From the NCBI RefSeq assembly GCF_009914755.1, contig NC_060929.1: DNA of 64,000 nucleotides. The stretch is one strand, 5' to 3'. How positions within the stretch are numbered: position 1 is the first letter of the stretch; every line of letters starts with the position of its first letter. Made by a program: the position numbers and the translations under genes. Source of the DNA: the human T2T-CHM13v2.0 reference genome, Homo sapiens. This document shows positions 28,840 to 42,790 of the stretch, one piece after another. Under the pieces are notes generated by a model. The model did not search any database. It was not told the DNA's origin and was given only the letters and a program-made list of their open reading frames with translations.

Positions 28840-29910
28840 ATTATTATATTTTAATTGACTAATAAAAACTATAAATATTTATGGTATACAGCATGTTGTT
28901 TTGATATATGTATACATTGGGAAATAACTATATCAAGCTACTTAACCTATCTATTACCTCGTATAGTTAACACTTTTTTGGTTGTGAGAACATTTAAAAT
29001 CTACTCTCTTAGGAATCTCCAACCATACAATAATATTATTAACTATGGTCACCATGTTGTACAATAAATCTTCAAAACTATTCCTCCTGTCTAACTGAAA
29101 CTTTGCATACTGTGACTAATATTTCCTCAATCCCCTACCACCACCACCAACCTCAACTCCCAGTAACCTCATTCAACTCAAATGTTTGACATTTTTAAAT
29201 TCTACATATAATTGTGTTATACAGTGTTTGCCTTTTTGTGCCTAGCTTATTTAACAGCATAATGTACTCCACGTTCATCCATGTTTACACAAAAGACAAA
29301 ATTTTGTTTTTTAAAGCTGAATAGTATTCCATTGTGTGTATGTATATACACCACATTTTTAATCCATTCATTTGTCAATAGACATACAGGTTATTTTCAG
29401 ATTGTGGCTAGTTTGTATCACCCTGCAATGAATGTGAGAGTGCAGATATCTCTTCATAATCCTAATTTCAATTCCTGTGGATATGTACCTGAAAGTGGGA
29501 TTGCTGGATGACATATTAGTTCTATTTTTAATTTTTTAAAGAATCTGCATACAGTTTCCATAATGGCTGTACTAATTCACATTCCTACCAACAGGGTGCA
29601 TTGGTTCCCTTTTCTCTACGTACTTCTCAACACTTTTTCTGGTCTTTATGATAATGGGCATTCTAACAGGTGTGAGGTGGTATCTCATTGTCGTTTTAAT
29701 TTGCATTTCTCTGATAATTAGTAATGTTGAACATTTTTTCACATAATTGGCCATCTGTGTGTCTTCTTTTAAGAAATGTCTACTCCAGTCCTTGGCCCTT
29801 TTTTTTACTTGGGTTACCCATTTTCTTGCTATTGAGTTGCTTGAGTTCCTTATGTATTTTCGATAATACCCACTTATCAGATGTATGGTTTACAAATATT
29901 TTATCCTTTT
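28840..29910 (-). mobile_element. L1MA-type 3' end
   Basis: gtgagaacatttaaaatctactctcttag. The minus ORF at 29572 (IIREMQIKTTMRYHLTPVRM) is L1 ORF2. Confidence 0.9.
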
Positions 29911-32160
29911 TGGGAGGCTAAAAAATTATTTCTATTTGTCTTTCTATCCTTGAGTCTTTATAGAGAAATATCTTATTTTGAGGACATCAAATAGTAATAA
30001 TAGTTATTCCTTACTAGTGAAAATTAGTGGTAGACTCTATCTTTTTGCTTTGAGTAATTTTACAAAAGCAATAAAATTATTTTTTAATTTCAAATTGTAT
30101 TTTCCACACAGCAGATATGCATGCATGCAGGTTTGTCACTTGGGTATATTGCACTCAGGTAATAACCGTAGTACCCGACAAGTAGCTTTTAAACCCATTC
30201 CCCCGTCACTACCCCACCCCAGGAGTCCATACTGTTTATATTCTCATGTTTATGTTCATGTATGCTCAATGTTTAGCTCATACTTTTAAGTGATGTCACG
30301 CAGTATTTGGTTTTTCTCTTCTTGAATGAATTCATTTAAAATTATGGCCTCCAACTGCCAAGGACATGATTTCATTCTTTTTATGGCTGCATAATATTTC
30401 ATGGTGTATATGTACCACACTTCATTGATCTAATACACTATTGATGGGCACCTAAGTTGATTCTGTGTCTTTTCTCTTGTGAATACCACAACAAGGAACA
30501 TATGAGTTCAAGTGTATTTTAGATATAAAGATCTATTTTCCTTTAGGTATATACTCGTGGGATTGCTGGGTCAAATGGTAGCTCTGTTTCAAGTTGTTTG
30601 AGACATCTCCAAACTACTTTCCATAGTGGCTGAAATAATTTACATTCCCACAGACAGTCTCCTTTTCCCCACAGCCTTGTGACCATCTGTTGTTTTTCAA
30701 CTTTTTGATAATAGCTATTCTGACTGGTGTGAAATGATATCTCGTTATGGTTTTCATTTGCATTTTTCTAATGATAAGTGATGATGACTTTTTTTTTTCA
30801 TATGTTTGCTGTCTACTTGAATGTCTTCTTTTGAGAAGTAACTCCTCATGACCTTTGTCCATTTTTAATGGGGTGATTTGTTTTTTGCTTGTTGATTTAA
30901 GTTGCCTATAGATTTGAGATAGCAGACTAGATATCTACGTATTTGTCTGATACAGAGTTTGTGAATATTTTCTCCCATTCTGTAGGTTGTCTGTTTACTC
31001 TATGAATGGTTTCGTTTGCTGTGAAGAAACTCTTTAGTTTAATGAGGTCCTACTTGTCAGTTTTTGATTTTGTTGCAACTGCTTTTGGGTATGTAACCAA
31101 AAATTCTTTGCCAAGGGCGATGTCGAGGAGGGTATTTCCTCGGTTTTCTTCTACGATTTTTACAGTTTGAGGTCTTACATTTAAATCTTTCTTCCATCTT
31201 GAGTTAATTTTTGTATATGTTGAAAGGAAAAGTAAGAGTCTAGCTTCGTTCTTCAGCATATGGCTAGTCAGTTATCCTGGCACCATATATTGAACAGGGA
31301 GTGATTTCCACATTGCTTGCTTTTGTTGTCCTTTATTGAAGATAAGATAATTGTAGATGTGCAGCTTTACTTCTGAGTTTTCTATTCTGTTCCATTGGTC
31401 TATATGTCTATTTGTTTTTTCCTTGTTGATTTAAGCTGCTTATAGATTCTAGATATCAGACTAGATATCTATGTACTTGTCAAATACATAGGTTGTGAAT
31501 ATTTTCTCCCATTCTGTTGGTTGGGAAAACTTCTGAGTTTTCTATTCTATTTCATTGGTCTATGTGTCTGTTTTATACCACTATCATGCTGTTTTAGTTA
31601 CTGTAGCCTTATAGTATACTTCAAGGTTTGATGGTGTTATGCCTCCAACTTTGGTTTTTTTTGCTTAGGATTGTTTGGCTATTTGGGCTCTTTTTTGTTC
31701 CATATGAGTTTTAGAATAGTTTTTTTTTCTAATTCTGTGAAGAATGACATTGGCAGTTTAAGTATAGCATTGAATATGTAGAGTCCTTTGGGCAATATGG
31801 CCATTTTAACAACATTCATTCTTCCAACCCATCAACATGGAATGTTTTTCCATTTACTTTGTCATCTCTGATTTCTTTTAACATTGTTTTGTAGTTCTCC
31901 TCTCAGAGAGCGTTCACCTCCTTGCTTAGATGTATTCCTAGGTAATTCATTTGTGTGTGTGTGGCTACTGTGAATGGGATTGTGTTCTTGATTTTAATCT
32001 CAGTCTGGATGTTATTGGTGTATAGAAATGCTACTCATTTTTGTACACTGATTTTGTATCCTGAATCCTTCCTAAAATCATTGATCAGTTCTAGTAACCT
32101 TTTGGGGGTGTCTTCAGAGTTTTCTAAGTATAGAATCATACAGTCAGTGAATAGAGATAA

Positions 32161-32517
<357 letters not shown>

Positions 32518-35500
32518 TATTTATTTCTTTTGCCTGATTACTCATACCAGGACTTCCAGTACTATGTTGAATAGGAGTGGTGAGAATGGGCATCTTGCCT
32601 TGTTCCAGTTTTCAATGGGAATAGCTCCAGCTTTTGCCCATTCAGTATGATGTGGCTTTGAGTTTCTCATAGATGGCTCCTATTGTTTTGAGGTATGTTA
32701 CTTCTTTACCCAGTCTGTTGAGAGTTTTTATCATGAAGGGATGTTGGATTTTATTGAAAGTCTTTTCTGCATTTATTGAGATAATCATATGATTTTTGCT
32801 TTTAATTCTGTTTATGTGACAAATCACACTTATTGATTTTGTATGTGTGAACCAACCTTGTCCCAGGAACAAAGCCTACTTGATCATGATGGATTAACTT
32901 TCTGATGTGCTGTCGGATTCAGTGTGCAAGTATTTTGTTGAATTTTGCATCCATGTTTATCAGGCTTATTAGTCTGAAGTTCTTTCTTTGTCATGTTTCT
33001 GCCTGATTTTGGTATTAGGCTGATGCTGGCTTTATAGAATTAATTAGGGAGAAGTCCTTCCACCTCAATTTTTTTTTGGAATTAGTTTCAGTAAAATTGG
33101 TGCCAGTTCTTCTTTGTACATTTGGTAAAATTTGGCTGTGAATCCTTTCAGGGCTTTTAGTGGTTGGTATTTTTGTTTGTTTTTTGTTCTTGCTGATTCA
33201 GTTTCAGAGCATAATATTGTTCTATTAAGTGTTTCAGTCGCTTTCTGATTCAATCTTGGGTGATTGTATGTTTCTAGAAATGTATCCGTTTCCTCTAGAT
33301 TTTTTAATTTGTGTGCATAGAGCTGTTCCCAGTATTCTCTGGTGATATTTTGCCTTTCGGGGAATTACTTGTAATATCATTGTTACTTCTGATTATACTT
33401 ATTTGGATCTTCTATCTTTTTTTCTTTGTTAATCTAGGTAGCAGTCTAGCAATTTTGTTTATATTTTTGGAGAAACATATCTTGGTTTTATTAATCTTTT
33501 ATATAGATTTCTACATCTCAATTTCATTATGCTTTTCTCTAATTTTAGTTTTTTTTCTTTTCTTCTGCTAGCTTTGGCTTGTTCCTTTTTTGCTAATTCC
33601 TTTTGGCGCAAAGTTAGATTGTTAAATTGAGATATTTCTAACTTCTTGATGAAGGCATTTATAGCTATATACCTTCCTTTTAACCCTGCTTTAGCTGCAT
33701 CCCAGAGACTTTGCTAAGTTGTATTCCTGTTTTCATCAATTTCAAAGACTTTTTTGATTTCTGCCTTAGTTTCAGTGTTTACTTAGGAGTTATTCAGGAG
33801 AAAGTTGTTTAATTTCCATGTATTTATGAAGTTTTAAGAGATTGTTTTGATATTGATTTCTATTTTTTTGCACTGTGGGCTAAGAGTGTGTGTGTATTTC
33901 AATTTTCTTTGAATTTATTGAGACTTGCTTTATGACCAAATATGTAGTTGATCTTAGAATACGTTCTGTGTGTAGATGAGAATAATGTAAATGTATATTC
34001 TGTGGTTGTTAGGTGGAGTGTTCTGCATATGTCTTAGGTCTAATTGGTCAATTGTGGAGTTTAAGTTCAGAATTTCTTTATTGGATTTCTACCTTGAAGA
34101 TCTGTCTAACACTGTCAGTGGGGTGTTCAAGTCTCCACTATTGGTTGTCTAAGTTTTTTTACAGGCCAAGAAGAACGTGTTACATGAATCTGAGTGCTCC
34201 CATGTTGGGTGCATATATATTTAGCATGGTTAATTCTTCTTGTTGGATTATACCATTTATAATTATGCAGTGCCTTTCTTTGTCCTTAATTTTTATTGGC
34301 TTAAAATCTGTTTTATATGAGAATAGCAACTCCTGCTCTTTTTTGTGTTCCATTTGCATGGTAGATCTTTCTTTCCCCATTATTTTACTTTGCACCTGTG
34401 GGTGTTGTTATATGTGAGATGGGTCTCTTGAAGACAACAGATGGTTGAGTCTTGTCTTTTAATCCAGCTTACTACTCTGTGTCTTTTATGCGGGTAGTTT
34501 AGCTCATTTACATTCAAGGATAGTATTAGTATGTGTAATTTTGATTCTGTCATCATATTGTTAGCTGGTTGTTAACGTAGACTTGATGGCATAGTTGCTT
34601 TACAGTGCCTGTGGGCTGTGTACTTCAGTGTGTTTATGTTATAGCAGGTGTCATTCTTTCTATTGCATCTTTAGCACTCTCTTAAGGACCTCCCACAAGG
34701 CTGGTATAGTTGAAATGCATTCCCTCAGCATTTGCTTGTTTGAAAAATATTTTATTTCTTCTTCACTTATGAAGCTTAGTTTGGTGGGATATGAAATTCT
34801 TTTTTGAAATTTCTTTTATTTAAGGACACTGAAAAAAGCCAGTCTTTTCTGGCTTGTAAGATTTCTGCTGAAAGGTCTGCTGCTAGTCTAATGGGGTTCC
34901 CTCTGTACATGACTTCTTCTTTCTCTCTAGCTGCCTTTAAGATTCTTTTCTTTGCATTGACCTTGATAAAGTTGATGACTATGTACCTTTAAAATTGTTG
35001 TCTTATGTCTAGCTAGGGGTCTTTGTATAATTTGGATTTGCATGCAACTTCTTTAGATTAGGGAAATTTAGTGGACTATATTTTCAAATATATTTTCTAA
35101 GTAAGTAAGTTGCTTATTCTCTCTCAGGAATGCCAGTGAATTATAAATCTATTGTCTCTACATGATAGTATATTTCTCAGAGAGGTTTTGTACACTTTTT
35201 AAAACTTATTTTTTTGTCTGAGTTGATTTGAAGAACTAGTCTTTGAGCTCTGAGATTTTATCCTCAGCTTGGTCTCTTCTGCTGATACTACTTCTTATTG
35301 TATTATCAAATTTTTGTAGTGAGTTTTTCAGCTCTAGAAGTTCAATATGGTTCATTCTTAAAACAGTTACTTTGTCTTTCAGCTCTTGGATTGTTTTACT
35401 GGATTTCTTGTATTGTGTGGATAATAAAATCCTAAAAATTAATCAATTGAGCATCTATTTTGAACATTTACTTTGTACTATTTCAACCACAGAAACACAT

Positions 35501-36081
35501 TCAGGCAATAATATTTTATTTCATGTTTCATAGTTACATAAAATAACAGTTACATAAAATATATATTTACCTAATTGTATACCTACTATTGAACAAAGAA
35601 AATAAATGGAAATACTGATATTGTAACTTAATAATCTATACCAAAATTTAGGATTATAAAGAGTTTTAACTTCATAAGACTTTGGACTCATTTTTCAAGG
35701 CAACTATAAATTTGATATTTGATTACCTTATGAAAGAGTAGATAAACATCAGATAATTGTTTTTAATATTTTTGAAAAGGAAGTAAATCAGATATAGATA
35801 AAAAGAAAGGAAATATTCCTAAAACAGTGCCAGAAGAAAAAATTATCACACAAAGCAATGTTTCATATAAATTTTGCCTTTGTTAATGCTTATACATAAA
35901 ATACTCTTTGCAGCTGTTCACCTGGTTAATATGTATCCCTCAATTATCACCTCAGGCACCATCTCTTCTAAAACAGGCTTTTGAAATCACTGGGTTGGTC
36001 CAGGTGTTTGTACTCCTATGCCATTCTGTTTATATCCATGTAAGATAAACTACCTCACTATATTAGAAATGATCTGTTAGG

Positions 36082-36277
36082 CCAGGGTTCTCAAAGTGTG
36101 ATTGCCATGCTAACAGTGTTAGTGTTACCTGTGAACTTGTTAGAATATACATTCTCAGGCTCCTCCCAAGACATACTAAATTACATTTATTTGGGGGGGG
36201 CGGGGGTGGGGCCTAGCAATTTGTGTTTTAACAAGGGTTCCAAGTAATTTTAACATATGCTAGTTTGAGAGCACCAG
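36082..36277. mobile_element. MER5A (hAT-Charlie), within L2 remnants
   Basis: Terminal inverted ends cagggttctcaaa...tttgagagcaccag and internal gtgttttaacaag. Confidence 0.8.
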
Positions 36278-36424
36278 TCTACTGATTTGTCAATAGAAGG
36301 TAAGCTCTGTAAGGATAGGAACTTGTATTGCCCATTTCTGTATTCCTGAATTTCTAGCATCATGCCTGGCACATAATACATTTTTCCTGAAGGCTCAGTC
36401 TGACAAAGATGGAGTCCACGAATA

Positions 36425-36660
36425 ACAAAAATAATTGCTAAACTTTATAGTATTCTTATTATGCTTTAGACATTGTACTAAGCATCCCAAATATGCTTGT
36501 TTATGTAATACAACATTTCAATGGGACAGATACTATTTGGTGTCTCCATTATTGCCCATTAAAAAACAAAGCACAGAAAGATTAGGAAACTTCATAAGAG
36601 AACACAATTAACAAATAGTAGAGAGAAGGTAAAATCTCAGTCCGTCCACTATAAAATTGT
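36425..36660 (-). mobile_element. MIR
   Basis: aataattgctaaactttatag...gcacagaaagattaggaaactt pattern. Confidence 0.55.
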
Positions 36661-38583
36661 ATGGACTCACAATTTGTAGAAATACTCAGAATAATTTTTC
36701 TCTTCAAGTATTTGTATTTATCTTATCCCTTTGTCTTGTATATTGGTAAATTTACAACATCTCAACCCTACAAAGAATATTTTATATGCAGACTTTCACT
36801 GATAACAAATGGGCCTCTTAAACTCATGTACCTTTAAACTACCTTAAACACTTACATAGGCATGTATTTACTCAGTCACTTTAGAGGATTTATCTGAAAA
36901 TTTTCCTAATAAAGACTTAGTTCTACTTTCTGAATTACTACAAAACTCTTTTTTAGTTTTATACCCACACCAAAACCCTACAGATACTGAGAATTTGTTG
37001 AAATATTTTGAATTGGTTATTAGTCACTGTGGGATGAATTAAAACTTAATGTAAAAAGAAAATGTGTGTCTCATCAGATCCTGTAACAGTTATCACTGAA
37101 ATAAAGTAAATAGTGTGTTTTATAAATTGGATTAATTGAAAGTTATATATTTATAACAATATTTAAGATAGACCATAAATTATCAAAGTTTAAGATGGTA
37201 ATTTTTATGTCAGTTCATCTTCATGTACACATAATAATAATATTATTCTCCACTAAACTTACTTAGAACAAAATATACTCAGGTTGCATAAGAACTAAGT
37301 TTGATGATCATTTCTACTGGATTTTACTTGGGGCCATGCCCGAGGCTTGGGCTCTACACAGGCTGAAATGTTTACATGTAAAATTATGTCAGTTTATTTT
37401 CATTTTGAAAAAAAAAAAAGCCATTACCCTCAGTTTCTTAAAATGACAAAATCTCAACAGATTAAACCATTCAATATCTATTGCTAGAATATTTTGGAGT
37501 GCAACAAAGATATAGTTCAGTAATTCAAATTAGCACAAGGCTAATTATCATTTTATCTTCATTATGTGAGCTGACTGTAGCACTTCTTAATTCCATCATT
37601 CCTTTTGGTGTCCTGGCAAAACCACCAGCCTGCAGGTGCCTTGACTGTGGCTCCTGGAATTCTGCCTGATCTCCATCTTTGCAAGCTGACACTGCAGCCA
37701 GAAAACAGATTAGATTATGGTGATGCTGAGCTGTGGAAAAACTGCTCAGTCCAGTAATCTTATAACAATTCAAAATATCCATCAACAATAGCCTGGCAGC
37801 ATCATAATTTAGGGTCAGTTTGAAGCAAGTTTAATTCCATCACATTATGAGGTGTTGGCCATGTAAAGAAATTATTCAAGTGAGAAAAAGGGTGGAAAAA
37901 GGATTAAAAGATATACAAATTGTCAAAAATATAAGGAAGAAGAACAAAAGCATTCAAAATGTAAATAAAGATTGTTTCTATTTCTTTAGCTAGTATAGCT
38001 TAGCCGAAAGCTTCAAGAGGTTAAAACCCTCTGAAGAATTGTTACCATGTTTCCCTGTCATTAATTGTCAAAAGGAAGATTGTGGAAATATGAAAAAAAT
38101 GAATAGAATCTCCAATAGATTTCTATGGCAACATATGGCAATATTCTATGCATGAAGGGAAGTCACTCTATTCTGATTTCTTGACAGGCTTACTCTGTGG
38201 TTCATGGATCATCTGTCAGAGGGTATGGAGACAGAACACAGGATATGCACTGAATCACTCAAAGAATGAATATATCAGTCAGCATCTGTTAATTATATGC
38301 TTGCATTTCCTACTGGCTTCTCATTATTCTGAAGGGAAACTAGCTGTTAGAAATAACTTTGGATATTGCCTGTGGTCCATAGACAGATAATAGGTACACC
38401 TAGAAGAGGCAGAGCAGCTGAAAGTGAAGATGGACTAATCACATCTTGAGCTGGGTTACTTTTGGTGGAAATAGTCCTTGCAATAAATATATGAAAGTGG
38501 GAAAGATTGAAATTCCAAATAATTTATCATTTATTAATGTGTGGTGGCTTTTCTCTTGGAAATATGTGTCAGATATTGTGTTA

Positions 38584-38890
38584 TGTAGAATTATAAGATT
38601 CACCATCTCCTGGTGTACACATCCTCTGTACTCTTCCCTTAAGTGTGGGCAGGACTTGTAAATAAAATAGGATAGCGTTTCCATAATCGGTTACTAATCA
38701 GAAGGCTTCCAGTTAATTAAAAGATTATACTAGGCAGACCTAGTTTAATCAGGTGAGTCCTTTAAAAGAAAATGAAGTGTCACCTCCTGCTGGCCTTAAA
38801 GACACAGTCCCCATGAATTCTACAGCTGCAAGGAAGTGAATTCTGTCAACAACCATGTGAACTTCCAAGAGGATTCCCAGCCCCAGGTGT
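38584..38890 (+). mobile_element. MLT1E-like MaLR LTR fragment
   Basis: cccttaagtgtgggcaggacttgt and ctacagctgcaaggaagtgaattctgtcaacaaccatgtga. Confidence 0.7.
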
Positions 38891-39035
38891 ACTTGTGTAG
38901 AGCAGTAATTTAAGCCCATACTTGCAAGCTAGGAGCTCAGAGTTTCATGGGTCTCTCTGAGTTTACTTTTCTTGAGTTGACAAGGATTCTTCCATAATGT
39001 GCTTCAAACTGTGATATAGGATGGCAGATACTTAC

Positions 39036-39069
39036 CCTCAATTTTACATCTTTATTTTCTGTGTGCTTT
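39036..39069 (-). other. Candidate 34-nt exon
   Basis: Minus strand tttggctttgattag | AAAGCACAC...TTGAGG | gtaagt. Strong donor, single open frame KHTENKDVKLR. Confidence 0.3.
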
Positions 39070-40805
39070 CTAATCAAAGCCAAATATTGGATATTATATT
39101 TTCGTAGATTTTCATTAACATGTGATGGCATAAATATATTAACACAAAAAAATTGTAAATTCAGATATATAAGATTTTTAAATTTATCCAATAATTTGGC
39201 AGTTTTTTCACCTTATTTTCCTTTGATAATTCATAATAAAGGGTAAATAGATTATTAGGTATTTCTCATTGAAGATGACTTGCTGCCTGAAGCTCACAGT
39301 CTATACCAGAGCTAGTTCAGTGGTATTATTGCTTCATAATGTCTGTCACCACTTCCTACATTCTCTCAGTGCTATATTGACAAGTACCCCAAATGACTAC
39401 CATAGTACATGATTTTACTACTTGAAAGAAAACTAATGATTCCAGATGTGTAGTCTGCTAAATAATGATAGCTGTTTTCAAATATTTTAAATAAAATCAA
39501 GAGAAAAAGGAATTAGGATGTTGTTATGTGATTCCAAGAAACAGAATTAAGATAGTGTGTGACGTTAGGTAGAAATGTCAACAAAGCTATCTAATATGGT
39601 AGTTAATTAGGCAGAATTCCCCAACAATGAAGGTATTCAAAGCACAGATAGATAAGCCTTTCTCAGAAAAGATCTGGAGAGCTAATCAGCAGTTAACCTT
39701 GAACCTAAACACCTTTATTTCTCCCAGCACCTCACGTAGTGTCTCAGGTATAGTAATTACCAAATAAACATTTGCTGACTGAATGAATATAAATAGGAAA
39801 ATTTAATATGTATAAAATGTGAGTTTCCACTTATATTTTCAGCATAGTAAGTACATGCTATACTTTTTTACCATGGGATTCCACAATTCTGTAGTGAGAA
39901 ATAGCACATATATGAAATTCATAATACATTTATCAAACAGATCAAATAAACATCTCTTCATGAAATGGAGACATGCAGGTCATTATTTCTTGATGGTTAT
40001 ACACTCTCTAGGGTGTATCTAGGCAGTCATTTAATAAAAGGAAGGGAGAGTTTCTGATTTGGTTTGAAAGTCCTTCTTTTAGAGCCTCAGCAAAAGACTG
40101 ATGTATAATTAACTAATGCTGGATGAGCTTTCCCTTACATTTCTATATGACTCTCTTATTTCCCTCTATCAAACCTGTAATGTGGTACAGAGTGGAGGAA
40201 ATAGTAAAGAAGTAGGCCTACCTCCACCATGAATTACCTCCACCATGGAGAAAGCATAAGGTATACTTGTGTAGAGCAATAATTTAAGTCTATACTTGCT
40301 CATGCTGCTTAGAACCATTTGCTCCAATATCTCCAGTTTCTCTATGCTTGCCACAGTTTCAGACACCCACATTGCTGCAGAGTTCATCCTGCAGAGCTCA
40401 CTTCCTCTTGCTTTGCTCCTTCAGCTCAGTGAATTTTCTGAGACTAAGGTATCTACATATAGAGCTGTCATGTATACCTAGCTATCCCTGCAAAGAACTT
40501 CTGAAGGGCACAGGGAAACTGCTCATCTTGACACTTCTTCATTTAAGAGACTTGGACGTGTCTTAGCATTTGTGCTACGAGGTTGTGCCTGGTTCCTCTA
40601 ACATTACTCTTCTTCTTGACATTTATAAGAATCTTTCCAGTGTGGAAAGAGGCCATCACTAAAACTTTTTTGTACTGATCTGAAAACATGCAGCTGAAAA
40701 CACCAATTACATGATTTCAACATGTTTTAAAGTAAGGGTTATGCAATATGCAATCTATGGTTTTCTTTTTAACAAATAAAGAATATGTACTGTGTTAAAA
40801 CATAC

Positions 40806-40894
40806 AAAACCATTAACACATTTAAAAAGTTGAGCTTCTTCTGTGTGATGTTAATGACAAGTGTGGTCACATCAGAAGTATCGCCATTTCATGA
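40806..40894 (-). other. Candidate 89-nt exon
   Basis: Minus strand tttttgtttattttttctatttgtattctgtag | TCATGAAAT...ATGGTTTT | gtatgt. Very strong acceptor. Confidence 0.3.
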
Positions 40895-41279
40895 CTACAG
40901 AATACAAATAGAAAAAATAAACAAAAATAATTCTTTGTACCATGATCAACCATCAGAAGAGATGGTACATAAAGTGTATCCAAAGAGAACAATTATAAGA
41001 ATTAAGAGTCCTGAATTTCATGTGCCATCTGACCATTCTGAGAGCAAAAATCTTAGGCTCAAACATACATGAAGTCAGTATATTAATTAACATCCAACTA
41101 TAGGTGAGCAGGACAAATATTGAGGCATCCAGGGACCTAAAAAAAAACATATTTCTAGGCCATGTCCAGGTGTCATTGAAATATACTCTCTGGGAATGTT
41201 GTCTAAAAATACATATCTTTGAAAAGCGAACTCCTTGATTTTATTATTGTCCAGGTTCAGAAACCAAATCAGGTGGATA

Positions 41280-41575
41280 TTGGAGTTTGTTGTTCAGATT
41301 CTCCCTTCAGCAAGAGCCAACTGTTTCACACTGGCCTTTTCCTGGGTGCAGCCCACATCTAATTACTAGTCGATGTGACAGAAGAAAGACCTCATGCATG
41401 CCTCTATTTGGAGTAACTCTGAAGGAGTAACAGCTGTAAAACTCCCTATGGGATTGGATATTTCTTTCATTCCCTCACAGGCATTGTTCCTAGGAGCATT
41501 CCCCAGTAAAGATCCCTCAAGTAACTCTCCATATTATTAATAAAATCAATTTCTCAGGGAACCTAACCTAAAATA
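41280..41575 (+). mobile_element. LTR16-like ERVL LTR
   Basis: Ends ...ttcctaggagcattccccagtaaa...cagggaacctaacctaaaata, followed by ERVL internal-like sequence. Confidence 0.65.
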
Positions 41576-42074
41576 GCTGGGTATTAAGTGGTCCTTGAAT
41601 GCAAACTCTAAAATAGGCAGTAGATAATGGTGGAGCAATGTGAGAAAGGTGTAGGGATAGGGGGAAGAACCAGAAGTCCCACAACATTACAAGATAGAGA
41701 GTGAGCAAGGTAGGCATTCAGTGGAAAGCAGCACAAAGGGGTAAACCAAAGTCAGCAGAGTAAGGAGGACATCAGAGAAGAGAGTGACCTGCACAGAGTG
41801 CCTGAAGTGGAGTGAAGAGGAATTCTACCAGACAGAGGAGGTCAGCGTTGCATGGACTATTAGAATCGAGGAAGGGTAAGAAAAAAGTCCCTCCAGGAAT
41901 ACAATGTCTTGTGCAAGCTCAACATTGGGTTTTGAAGCCCAAACAGAGCGAGAAGGAGATCTGTATAAGGAACGGTGAAACAGTAGCTCAGGTTGAAGAA
42001 TCTGTCAATGTGAATTTGGTAGGATGTCTTTGTGAGTACTGTAGGCCACTGTTGAACAGAGGAAAAATATTGGT

Positions 42075-42500
42075 TATGTATATATGTGTGTGTGTGTGTG
42101 TGTATACATATATATATAGAGAGAGAGAGGATATATATATATCATATATATATCACCTATATATATCCTATATATCACCTATATATATATCCTATATGTG
42201 TGTGTATATATAGCTATACCTATATATATACATATATATATACGATATATATATACCTATATATCGTATATATACTATATATATGATATATACACCTATA
42301 TATCATATATATATCACCTATATATATATCATATATATCATATATATCACCTATATATATATCACCTATATATATCCTATATATATTGCCTATATATATC
42401 CTATATATATATTGCCTATATATATCCTGTATATAGGATATATAGAGATAAAATGTATGTAAATGCCACTGTGTATATACACTTTTTATATATACATACT
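42075..42500. repeat. Long imperfect TA-rich tandem array (unit about ATATATATCACCT)
   Basis: Read directly. Begins with (TG)n(TA)n(GA)n. Confidence 0.95.
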
Positions 42501-42790
42501 ATAGCTCTGTGCCATGAGAGTACCTGATAGCAGTGACACCCTAATAGCAATATATATACTTAACACCCATATTTTGGCTTCTAAATTTTATTCTCAACTT
42601 AAAGGAACCAGAACTACTTAACAGAAATGACTAGAAATGACTGGTTTCTGGGCTGGGTCAAAGAAAGTACAAGGTAAGCCTGGAATATCTTTTTGAGACA
42701 AAATAAGAATATGCTTAAGAATTGTGGGACATACTAAAAGAACATAGAAATCAGCTTGAACAGACTCCACTGGCCAAATTTGAATCAATT
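42500..42790 (+). mobile_element. L1MC3/4-type 3' fragment
   Basis: aaaggaaccag...ggctgggtcaaagaaagtacaaggtaagcctggaatatct...ccactggccaaattt. Confidence 0.7.

Noticed and set aside
36850-37310. Further minus-strand GTAAGT donors (about 36855 and 37260)
   Set aside because: Weak exon-side context, with stops or poor acceptors. They show that decoy splice sites are common here.
41812-42527. I/Y-rich ORFs of 66-133 aa
   Set aside because: Translations of the TA-rich array.
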